Source: an uncultured Frankiales bacterium (GTDB taxonomy: Bacteria > Actinomycetota > Actinomycetes > Mycobacteriales > SCTD01). From it: a DNA stretch of 57,194 bases. A program made the position numbers and the translations under genes. The notes beneath the pieces are model-generated. The model was not told the origin of the DNA. It saw only the letters and a program-made list of their open reading frames with translations, and made no database searches. Shown piece after piece: positions 1-7,793 of this stretch. Within the stretch, counting starts at the first letter, position 1; each line of letters opens with the position of its first letter. Location of the stretch: positions 1-57,194 of the forward strand of contig CBIHPE010000001.1 in NCBI GenBank assembly GCA_966212015.1, read 5' to 3'.

Positions 1-31
1 CAGCTTGCCGATCTTGTCCAGCAGCCGTTCC

Positions 32-496
32 TCAGCCAAGCCCGTGCTCCCCGTACGCCACCCGCAGCGCCAGCACGGCCTCGGGGCCGAGCGCCTGCCC
101 GACGAGCTCCAGCATGCACGCCCGGTACGACGGCCCGTGGTCCACGACCCCGTGCCTGTGGAAAGCCACGTGGTGCGCGAGCTCGTGCAGCAGGACCGAC
201 TCGCGCAGCGCCCACGGCTGCCCGTGCTCGGGAACGGGCAGAGCGATGACGCCCGGCGGCTCCCAGTGCGCCTGGCTGTGGCCCTTGCGCCGGCGCAGGA
301 CCACGGGCGGGTACGCGGAGACGGTGCTGTCGGCGTACTCCTGAGCGCTCTCGAGCGTGCCGAACAGCAGCTCTGCCGGCAGCAGGACGCTCGAGCCACC
401 GACCGTGGCGCGCCGGGCGCCCCTGCGGGCGGCGTCGAGCTGCAGCTCCCAGGCGCCCTCGGCCGCGTAGACCTTCGACCGCTGGACGTCCCGCAC
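32..496 (-). CDS. Small HExxH zinc metallohydrolase (TIGR04338-like)
   Basis: 154-aa ORF with GC3 bias. HExxH motif (LLHELAHHV). N-terminus MRDVQRSKVYAAE resembles small actinobacterial metallohydrolases (recalled, not searched). Confidence 0.7.
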   Translation of the reverse strand: MRDVQRSKVYAAEGAWELQLDAARRGARRATVGGSSVLLPAELLFGTLESAQEYADSTVSAYPPVVLRRRKGHSQAHWEPPGVIALPVPEHGQPWALRESVLLHELAHHVAFHRHGVVDHGPSYRACMLELVGQALGPEAVLALRVAYGEHGLG

Positions 497-562
497 CCCC
501 GCAGGCTATGAGGTCGCTCACACGGCTGGTGGAACGCCTGTGGAACGGTCGAGAATGGTCGG

Positions 563-2164
563 ATGACAGAGCGTCCTGCCCGCATCGCGATCGTGGGCGC
601 CGGCCCGGCTGGCATCTACGTCGCCGACGTGCTCATGAAGTCCGAGACGCCTGTCTCGATCGACCTCTACGAGCGGCAGCCCGCCCCGTTCGGACTGATC
701 CGCTACGGCGTGGCCCCGGACCACCCGCGGATCAAGGGGATCATCACCGCCCTGCACCAGGTGCTCGACAAGCCGCAGGTGCGCCTGATCGGCAACGTCG
801 AGTACGGCGTCGACATCAAGCTCGAGGACCTCCAGCGCTTCTACGACGCCGTCGTCTTCACGACCGGCGCCGAGAAGGACCGCGACCTCGACATCCCCGG
901 CATCGACCTGCCCGGCTCCTTCGGTGGCGCCGACTACGTCTCCTGGTTCGACGGCCACCCCGACGTCCCGCGCGAGTGGCCGCTGCAAGCCCGGCAGATC
1001 GCCGTCATCGGCGCCGGCAACGTCGGCCTCGACGTCGCCCGGATGCTTTCCAAGACCGCAGACGAGCTGCTCGTCACCGAGATCCCGGCCAACGTCTACG
1101 AGGGCCTCAAGGCCTCGCCCGTCGAGGAGGTGCACGTCTTCGCCCGTCGCGGTCCCGCGCAGGCGAAGTTCACCCCCCTCGAGCTGCGCGAGCTCGACCA
1201 CTCGCCCAACGTCGAGGTCATCGTCGCCCCCGAGGACATCGAGTACGACGACGGCTCGGTCGAGGCGATCAACTCCGACAACCAGACCAAGCTGGTCGTG
1301 CGCGAGCTCGAGCGCTACGCGATGCGCACCGCCGAGAACGGCCTGGGCTCGCGCCCGCGCAAGCTCTTCCTGCACTTCTTCGAGTCGCCCGTCGAGGTCT
1401 ACGGAGACGGTCGCGTCGAGGGCTTCCGCACCGAGCGCACCGAGCTCACCGGCGACGGCAACGTCCGCGGCACCGGCGTCATCAACGACTGGCCGGTGCA
1501 GGCCGTCTACCGCTGCGTCGGCTACCGCTCCACCGAGCTGCCGGGTCTGCCGTGGGACAACCGCAACCACGTCGTGCCGCACGCCCTCGGTCGCGTACTC
1601 GACATCGACGGCAACCACCTGCCCGGCATCTACGTCAACGGCTGGGTCAAGCGCGGCCCCGTCGGCCTCATCGGCCACACCAAGGGCGACGCCATCGAGA
1701 CCGTCAAGTCGATCCTCGAGGACCTCCCCACCGGGCCGGTCGCCGCCGAGCCGTCGCTCGAGGCGGTCGACGCGTTCCTCGACGAGCGCGGCATCCGCTA
1801 CACGACGTGGGACGGCTGGTATCGCCTGGACGAGCACGAGAAGTCGCTCGGTGCCGCGTGGTCGTCCGAGCACGGCGAGGTCGCCGGCAAGGACGGGACG
1901 CTCGCGCCCCGGGTCCGCGTCAAGGTCGTGGACAAGGAGTCCATGACGGCGATCTCTCGCGCCGAGTCGCCAGCTTCCGATTTCCAGCACCAGGGTGCTG
2001 GGGAAACCGGGGACGAGCGTCAGGCGCGGGGGAGGCGGACGGTGAAGCGGCCGCCGGGGCCGGCCGTCGCGGTGACGTCACCGCCCGTCGCGCGGGCCAG
2101 CCGGCGGGCGAGCGCGAGCCCCAGGCCCGCACCCGGGTGGCCGTCCGCCGGGTCGTGCCGGTAG
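563..2164 (+). CDS. fprA: Ferredoxin/adrenodoxin--NADP+ reductase (FprA-like)
   Basis: 533-aa ORF. FAD Rossmann motif IAIVGAGPAG and second dinucleotide site IAVIGAGNVGLDVAR. Adrenodoxin-reductase-like throughout. The last ~60 aa are Arg/Pro-rich and overlap the convergent kinase gene. Confidence 0.85.
   Translation: MTERPARIAIVGAGPAGIYVADVLMKSETPVSIDLYERQPAPFGLIRYGVAPDHPRIKGIITALHQVLDKPQVRLIGNVEYGVDIKLEDLQRFYDAVVFTTGAEKDRDLDIPGIDLPGSFGGADYVSWFDGHPDVPREWPLQARQIAVIGAGNVGLDVARMLSKTADELLVTEIPANVYEGLKASPVEEVHVFARRGPAQAKFTPLELRELDHSPNVEVIVAPEDIEYDDGSVEAINSDNQTKLVVRELERYAMRTAENGLGSRPRKLFLHFFESPVEVYGDGRVEGFRTERTELTGDGNVRGTGVINDWPVQAVYRCVGYRSTELPGLPWDNRNHVVPHALGRVLDIDGNHLPGIYVNGWVKRGPVGLIGHTKGDAIETVKSILEDLPTGPVAAEPSLEAVDAFLDERGIRYTTWDGWYRLDEHEKSLGAAWSSEHGEVAGKDGTLAPRVRVKVVDKESMTAISRAESPASDFQHQGAGETGDERQARGRRTVKRPPGPAVAVTSPPVARASRRASASPRPAPGWPSAGSCR
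1981..2006. terminator. Hairpin between the conserved ends of convergent fprA and the sensor kinase
   Basis: TTTCCAGCAC-CAGG-GTGCTGGGGAAA: about a 10-bp stem with a 2-nt bulge, A/T-flanked. It lies just 5' of the kinase stop (2020-2022) but inside the open fprA frame. Confidence 0.35.
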
Positions 2165-3306
2165 CCCGCGTCGAAGACCGCCTCCTCGGCGCCGGCGGGC
2201 ACGCCGGGTCCGTCGTCGAGCACCTCGACCAGCACGTCGGAAGCGGTCGAGGAGACCGTCATCCGCACGGTCGAGGCGTAGCGGTAGGCGTTGTCGACGA
2301 GAGGCGACAGCAGCCGCTCGACGACGTCCTCCTCGGCGCCGGCGAACTGCACCTCCGGCACGGCTTCGACCTCGTCGACGAGCCGCTGCGCCACAGCCAC
2401 TGCGTCGCAGCGGCCCCGGACCGCGCCGGCCTCGGCCCGCGCCGCGGTGAGCAGCGTGTCGAGGATGCGCTCCATCCGCAGCGCGCCCTCGCCGATCACC
2501 GCGATGGCCGCCTCGGCCTCGGCGGGGGTACGGGGGCGGGAGCTGAAGAGGTCCGCCTCGGCGATGATGCCGGCGAGCGGGGTGCGCAGCTCGTGGCTGA
2601 TCTCGGCGGACAGCTGCTGCTCGCGACGGAGCACGGCTGACAGCCGGCCGAGCACGCCGTCGAGGGTGTTGGCCAGCTCGGCGAGCTCGCCGGGCCGTGA
2701 CTCGCCACCGAACCTGCCTGAGGTGTCGGTCGCCGACCACTCCCCGGCCTGCGCCGTCATCTCCGCGACGGGCCGCAGGGCGCGCGACGCGACGTTGCGC
2801 GCCACCAGGTAGACGACGCCGAGCAGCAGGGTGCCGAGCGCCAGCGCCCCCTCGATGGTCGTGCGGGCGCTGCGGTGGTAGGGCTCGAGGCTGACCGCGG
2901 CGACGAGGGTGCCGACCTGCCGTCCGCCGTCCTTCACGGGCAGCGAGAGGAACTCGCTGCCCTGGGTCGTGACCAGCCGGTCGTGGGTGCCGGCGAGCTG
3001 GTCGGCCTCGGCTTGCAACGAGGCGGCTCCGCGCGGCCGCTCGACCGCCGTCTTCCCGTCGTAGACCCAGATGCCGGTGTCGAGAGCGGCGTCGCTCTCG
3101 GTCGTGGTGATCTTGCCGGCGTGCACCTGCACGGACGCGAGGGCGGTGTCGGCGCGGCTCCTCAGCACGTTCTCGGCCTCGGCGGCGAGGCGCCGGTCGA
3201 GCAGCCAGCCGAACAGGGCGGTCAGCACCACGACGGCGGTGCCCGCGGTCAGCGTCGCGGAGAGGGCCAGCCGACCGCGCAGGGTCGAGGGTCCTCTCAC
3301 GCTCAA
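2020..3306 (-). CDS. Sensor histidine kinase (HAMP-HisKA-HATPase)
   Basis: 428 aa. Two TM segments, H-box EISHELRTPL, ATPase boxes (LDDGPGV, GAGLGLAL). The TTG start overlaps the RR stop (TTGA); GTG at 3300 is an alternative start. Confidence 0.9.
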   Translation of the reverse strand: MSVRGPSTLRGRLALSATLTAGTAVVVLTALFGWLLDRRLAAEAENVLRSRADTALASVQVHAGKITTTESDAALDTGIWVYDGKTAVERPRGAASLQAEADQLAGTHDRLVTTQGSEFLSLPVKDGGRQVGTLVAAVSLEPYHRSARTTIEGALALGTLLLGVVYLVARNVASRALRPVAEMTAQAGEWSATDTSGRFGGESRPGELAELANTLDGVLGRLSAVLRREQQLSAEISHELRTPLAGIIAEADLFSSRPRTPAEAEAAIAVIGEGALRMERILDTLLTAARAEAGAVRGRCDAVAVAQRLVDEVEAVPEVQFAGAEEDVVERLLSPLVDNAYRYASTVRMTVSSTASDVLVEVLDDGPGVPAGAEEAVFDAGYRHDPADGHPGAGLGLALARRLARATGGDVTATAGPGGRFTVRLPRA

Positions 3307-3968
3307 GAACTTACGACCCGGTACCCGACACCGCGGACCGTCTCGATGCGGTCGGGCGCACCCACCTGCGTCAGCTTGCGGCGGACCCGCGCGACGTACT
3401 GGTCGAGCGTGTTCTCGTGCACGATCGCGCCGTCCGGCCAGCCGGACCGGAGCAGCTCCCGCCGTCGTACGACGTCACCCGGGTGACCGAGCAGCGCGGC
3501 GAGCAGCCGGAACTCGGTCGGGGAGAGCGGGGCGCTCTGGCCGTCGTGCGTGAGGGCGTGCTGGGCCGGGTCGAGGACGAGCCCCGTGTCGGTGGACGGC
3601 GGTGACGTCTCGTTGCGCCGCAGCAGCACGCGGAGCCGCGCGAGCAGCTCGGGGATGTGGAAGGGCTTGGTGAGGTAGTCGTCACCGCCGGCGGCGAAGC
3701 CGGCCATCCGCTCGTGGACCGCGTCGCGCGCGGTGAGGAACAGGACGGGTGCGTGCACGCCCCGGGTGCGGAGCGCGAGGCAGACGTCGCGGCCGTCGGC
3801 GTCGGGCAGGCCGATGTCGAGCACGATCGCGTTGGTCTCGGCGGTGGCGGTCGACAGCGCGCTGTTCCCGTCGGAGGCAGTGACGACCTGCAGTCCCTCC
3901 TCCCGCAGGACCCGGGCAACGACATCACGGAGCTGGTGGTCGTCCTCGACGACAAGCACGGTGGGCAT
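3303..3968 (-). CDS. OmpR/PhoB-family response regulator
   Basis: 221 aa. Receiver motifs (VLVVEDD, LDIGLPDADG, YLTKPF) plus a winged-helix output domain (TVRGVGYRV). Confidence 0.92.
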   Translation of the reverse strand: MPTVLVVEDDHQLRDVVARVLREEGLQVVTASDGNSALSTATAETNAIVLDIGLPDADGRDVCLALRTRGVHAPVLFLTARDAVHERMAGFAAGGDDYLTKPFHIPELLARLRVLLRRNETSPPSTDTGLVLDPAQHALTHDGQSAPLSPTEFRLLAALLGHPGDVVRRRELLRSGWPDGAIVHENTLDQYVARVRRKLTQVGAPDRIETVRGVGYRVVSS

Positions 3969-4020
3969 GCCGTCAGCGTGCCACAGGACCTGTACGGAAC
4001 TGGACTCTCAGGCCCAGATG

Positions 4021-4052
4021 GTCAGAAGGCTGTCAGGTTAGTCAGATGTCAC
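4021..4052 (+). promoter_or_regulatory. Three GTCAG direct repeats plus GTCAC in the divergent RR / muramidase intergenic region
   Basis: GTCAG at 4021, 4032 and 4041, and GTCAC at 4048, in a locally AT-richer stretch. The spacing of about one helical turn is compatible with OmpR-type direct-repeat sites (inference). Confidence 0.3.
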
Positions 4053-4073
4053 CCATCGTTTACGTTTGAGCCC

Positions 4074-4087
4074 GTGACCTAGGTCAC
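4074..4087. promoter_or_regulatory. Perfect 14-bp palindrome GTGACCTAGGTCAC upstream of the muramidase gene
   Basis: Exact self-complementary 14-mer ending 12 nt before the GGAGGA RBS (4100-4105) and 20 nt before the GTG start (4108). Confidence 0.4.
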
Positions 4088-4107
4088 CACCCAGACGTTG
4101 GAGGACC

Positions 4108-5430
4108 GTGCGGACCCGGCTCATCCCCCTGTTGCTCCTTGCTGCCCTCATCCCGGTCCTGGCGCCCCACAGCGCCCAGGCCTCGTCGGGACGCCCGCAA
4201 GGGATCGACACCGCGAAGTACCAGCACGACGGCGGGCGGGCGATCGACTGGAACGCCGTGCGACGGTCGGGCCAGCGGTTCGCGTTCATCAAGGCGACGG
4301 GCCACGCCGACAGGACCGATCCGTGGTTCGCCCGCGACTGGGCCGCGGCCGGCCGGGCCGGGATGATCCGCGGCGCCTACCACTACGCCGACCCCTCGAG
4401 CAGCGCCGTCGCGCAGGCGGACGCGATCGTCCGCGTCGTGGGCACGACGCGAGAGGCGGGTGACCTCGGCATCGTCCTCGACCTCGAGAGCACCGGCGGC
4501 AAGTCCCCCTCCGCTCTCGCCGCGTGGGCGCACGCCTTCCTCGACCGCGTCGAGAGCCGCACGGGCCGGCTGCCCATCCTCTACACCTACGTCAGCTTCT
4601 GGTCCGGCCCGATGGCGAACAACCGCAGCTTCGGGGCGTACCCGCTCTGGCTCGCCCGCTACGGGGCCGAGCCGAAGCCCCTCGCCGGCTGGAACCGCTG
4701 GACCTTCTGGCAGCAGACCTCCTCGGCACGGGTGGCCGGCATCGTCGGTGCCGTCGACCACGACGTCATGTGCTGCAGCGCCGGCACCCTCGCTGCCCTC
4801 GCCGACGGGCGCACCTCGGCGATCACCAAGCTGTGGCACAAGCTCGGTGGCGCGTCCGGCGCCCTCGGCCTCCCGACCGGTCCCGAATCGACCATCCCTG
4901 GCGGCTGGGGGCAGACGTTCGAGCGCGGCTACATCGCGTCGACCGCTGCCCACGGGACGTGGGCGGTGCAGTCGCCCATCTGGGAGCGGTACTCCTCGAT
5001 CAACGGCCCTACCGGTCCCATGGGGGTGCCCGTCGCCGCCGCGACCGAGCCGGTCCGCGGCGTGGTCTCGCAGCAGTTCACCGGCGGCCTCATCCTCTGG
5101 TCGCGGCTGACCGGAGCGCAGCCCCTCATGGGCGCGATGCTCCAGCGCTGGCGCAAGGACGGCGGTCTGCGGTCGCAAGAGGGGTTGCCGCTCGGCCCGC
5201 GGGTCGGCGTCGCGCAGCAGTTCCGCGGCGGTGGGCTCTACGCCACCTCGTCCGGCATCCACCTGGTCCCCGGTGCGATCCGCGACCGCTACGAGGAGCT
5301 CGGCGGCCCGTCGTCCGTCCTCGGCCTGCCCGCGTCGGAGGCCACGGCGTTCCAAGGCGGGCGGCTGGTGTCGTTCGACCTCGGCACGCTCATCGAGACG
5401 ACCGTCGGCGGCCAGACCGTCGTCATCTGA
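4108..5430 (+). CDS. Secreted GH25 muramidase (lysozyme) with C-terminal LGFP repeats
   Basis: 440 aa. Signal peptide MRTRLIPLLLLAALIPVLAPHSAQA. GH25 motifs GIDTAKYQ, FAFIKATGH, GAYHYADP, VLDLE. Several LGFP-type repeats (LGGASGALGLP, GPTGPMGVP, LGGPSSVLGLP). Confidence 0.9.
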   Translation: MRTRLIPLLLLAALIPVLAPHSAQASSGRPQGIDTAKYQHDGGRAIDWNAVRRSGQRFAFIKATGHADRTDPWFARDWAAAGRAGMIRGAYHYADPSSSAVAQADAIVRVVGTTREAGDLGIVLDLESTGGKSPSALAAWAHAFLDRVESRTGRLPILYTYVSFWSGPMANNRSFGAYPLWLARYGAEPKPLAGWNRWTFWQQTSSARVAGIVGAVDHDVMCCSAGTLAALADGRTSAITKLWHKLGGASGALGLPTGPESTIPGGWGQTFERGYIASTAAHGTWAVQSPIWERYSSINGPTGPMGVPVAAATEPVRGVVSQQFTGGLILWSRLTGAQPLMGAMLQRWRKDGGLRSQEGLPLGPRVGVAQQFRGGGLYATSSGIHLVPGAIRDRYEELGGPSSVLGLPASEATAFQGGRLVSFDLGTLIETTVGGQTVVI

Positions 5431-5498
5431 CGTCTTCGCGGTGGTCGTGACGCTGTCGAGAGGGCTGAGGTGAACCGCGGCGGGGTTCGCTGCGTCTC

Positions 5499-6734
5499 AT
5501 GGCCGTGGACCTCACCCGGCGGGCCTTCGCGCTCGGATCCCTCGGCCTGCTCGCTGCGTGCGGCGGGCAGTCGCACAACACGACGTCGCTCTCTCGCCCG
5601 AGCCGGCTGGCGCAGGTGCGATCGGGTACGGCGAGACGCGTCGCTCTCGGTTCCCTGACCGCGTCCGAGCTCGCTGACGCCCAGCGGTCTTTCGGCGTCG
5701 ACCTGCTCGGCAAGGTCTGCAAGGGCGGCGAGAACACGACCATCAGCCCTGCCTCCGCGGCCCTCGCGCTCGGCCTGCTGACAGCGGGGGCTCGCGGCGC
5801 CACCGAGCAGAAGATCAGCGCGATGCTGCACCTGCCGCGATGGGGCGACGACGTGGTGGCGGCCTACGCGGCGCAGCACGCGCTGCTCGCCGGGTTCCAG
5901 GACCAGCTGCAGCTCGCGAACCGCGCGTACACCGCCGTCGGCAACGCGCCGGCCGCCACGACGCTCGACGACTGGGCCACCGGCTTCGACGCCGTGCTCA
6001 CGCAGCTGGACATCGCCGGTCATGCCCAGGAGGCGACGGACCGCATCAACGCGGACGTCGCTCACGACACGGCCGGCCTCATCCCGAAGCTCCTCGACCG
6101 GCCGCTCGATCCCGGCTCCGCGTTCGTCCTGGTCAACGCCGTGCACCTGAAGGCGGACTGGCAGGCGCCGTTCCTCAAGCAGGCGACGCAGTCGGCGGCG
6201 TTCACGACCGACGCGGGGCGGCAGGTGGACGTGCAGATGATGAACGGCGGCCGGGGCGCCGGGCGCAAGGCGGAAGGCTGGCAGTCCGTCACCCTGCCGT
6301 ACGCCGGCGGGCATCTGGAGATGGTGGTGATCCTCCCGCCTCCGGCGGCGGGCTGCGCGGCGCTCACCTCCGCTCTGCTGACCCGGCTGTCCCGCGGGTC
6401 GTCTGCCGGCAGCGGCTCGGTCTCGATGCCCAAGCTGGACCTCGCGCAGACCCACGACCTGCTGAAGGTCCTGGCGGCCCTTGGCCTGCCGCTGACGGGC
6501 GACTACAGCCCGATCGGGGCCGACACGATCACGGGCGTGGTGCAGAAGGACGTGCTGAAGGTCGACGAGAAGGGCACCGAGGCGGCTGCGGCGACAGCCA
6601 TCACCGGCATCGCAACGGGGGCCGCGTTCGACCCCGTCAGCATCACGGCCGACCGGCCGTACTTCCTGCTGCTGCAGGACGTCGAGACCGGGACGCCGCT
6701 CTTCCTGAGCCACGTCGTCGACCCGACGGCCTGA
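5499..6734 (+). CDS. Serpin-family protease inhibitor, predicted Tat-exported lipoprotein
   Basis: 411 aa. Signal LTRRAFALGSLGLLAAC (twin-Arg plus lipobox). Serpin hinge and reactive-centre loop EKGTEAAAATAITGIATGAAF. C-terminal DRPYFLLLQD...PLFLSHVVDP. Confidence 0.85.
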   Translation: MAVDLTRRAFALGSLGLLAACGGQSHNTTSLSRPSRLAQVRSGTARRVALGSLTASELADAQRSFGVDLLGKVCKGGENTTISPASAALALGLLTAGARGATEQKISAMLHLPRWGDDVVAAYAAQHALLAGFQDQLQLANRAYTAVGNAPAATTLDDWATGFDAVLTQLDIAGHAQEATDRINADVAHDTAGLIPKLLDRPLDPGSAFVLVNAVHLKADWQAPFLKQATQSAAFTTDAGRQVDVQMMNGGRGAGRKAEGWQSVTLPYAGGHLEMVVILPPPAAGCAALTSALLTRLSRGSSAGSGSVSMPKLDLAQTHDLLKVLAALGLPLTGDYSPIGADTITGVVQKDVLKVDEKGTEAAAATAITGIATGAAFDPVSITADRPYFLLLQDVETGTPLFLSHVVDPTA

Positions 6735-6891
6735 TCTGCCAGGGGCCGCAGGACGGCGTCAGCGACGGACTTCCCCCGCCGTACCGCGACCCCGCGTGGC
6801 TGAGGTCTTGTAGGAATGCCACAACGGAGGTACGCATCTTCGGTGGCTGTCGTCGTGGGCGCTGCGGACGTCGGACCGGCAGGCTTGTCGG

Positions 6892-7785
6892 ATGACGACG
6901 GCACTGGTGCGCCCCGAGCTCCTCGCTGAGCACCTCACGGCGCGGCTCGAGACGGCGCTGGCGACCCACCTCGAGCGGGCGCAGGTCTGGTACCCGCACG
7001 AGTACGTCCCGTGGGGCGAGGCGAAGGACTACTGGGAGCTGCCGTTCGAGGAGGCGCAGAGCCGGCTCTCGAAGGAGGTCCGGGCGTCGGTCCAGCTCAA
7101 CCTGCTGACCGAGGACAACCTGCCCGGCTACCACGGCGCGATCAGCCGGGTCATGGGCTACACGGACGTGTGGCGGACCTGGCTCGACCGCTGGACGGCC
7201 GAGGAGGGCAGGCACGGCATCGCGCTGCGCGACTACCTCACCGTGACCCGGGCCGTCGACCCGGCCGTGCTCGAGGACGAGCGGATGGCCACGATGAGCG
7301 GCGGCTTCGACGCGGGTGACCGCGACGGCCTCCGGGTGATCGCCTACGTGTCGATGCAGGAGCTCGCGACCCGGGTCGCGCACCGCAACACCGGCCGCTT
7401 CTCGAGCGAGCCCGGCCTCGACCGGCTGCTCGCCCGGATCTCGACCGATGAGAACCTGCACATGGTCCTCTACCGCGACCTGTTCACGGCGGCCCTCGAG
7501 GTCGACCCGGTGCAGGCGATGCAGGCGCTGCTGACCGAGGTCGTCGGCTTCCAGATGCCAGGGACCGGCATCCCGAACTTCGTCCGGCGCGCTGCGGTCG
7601 TGGCTCGTGCGGGGATCTACGACCTCACGGTCCACCGCGAGCAGGTGCTCACCCCGCTGCTCGGCTACTGGCAGGTCTTCGAGCGGGAGCTGCCGCCGGA
7701 GGCGGAGGCGGTCCGCGACCAGCTCGCTCTGGTCCTCGAGGAGATCGACCGCCGCGCGTCGAAGCAGCGAGCGCGTTCGGCATAG
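6892..7785 (+). CDS. Soluble di-iron acyl-ACP desaturase (DesA-like)
   Basis: 297 aa. Motifs EDNLPGYH, WTAEEGRHG, MQELATRVAH, DENLHM. Confidence 0.88.
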   Translation: MTTALVRPELLAEHLTARLETALATHLERAQVWYPHEYVPWGEAKDYWELPFEEAQSRLSKEVRASVQLNLLTEDNLPGYHGAISRVMGYTDVWRTWLDRWTAEEGRHGIALRDYLTVTRAVDPAVLEDERMATMSGGFDAGDRDGLRVIAYVSMQELATRVAHRNTGRFSSEPGLDRLLARISTDENLHMVLYRDLFTAALEVDPVQAMQALLTEVVGFQMPGTGIPNFVRRAAVVARAGIYDLTVHREQVLTPLLGYWQVFERELPPEAEAVRDQLALVLEEIDRRASKQRARSA

Positions 7786-7793
7786 TTGGGTCG

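Noticed and set aside
508-2640. 710-aa plus-strand ORF, together with 518-1990 minus and 924-1946 plus
   Set aside because: Arg/Pro/Gly/Ala-rich composition with no recognisable motifs. These are out-of-frame or antisense to the clearly motif-bearing fprA and kinase genes. They are typical high-GC shadow ORFs.
3969-4107. Riboswitch (for example the cyclic-di-AMP class often found upstream of actinobacterial cell-wall hydrolases)
   Set aside because: The region is short and I cannot recognise the conserved cores of that class by eye. A covariance-model scan would be needed, so no call is made.
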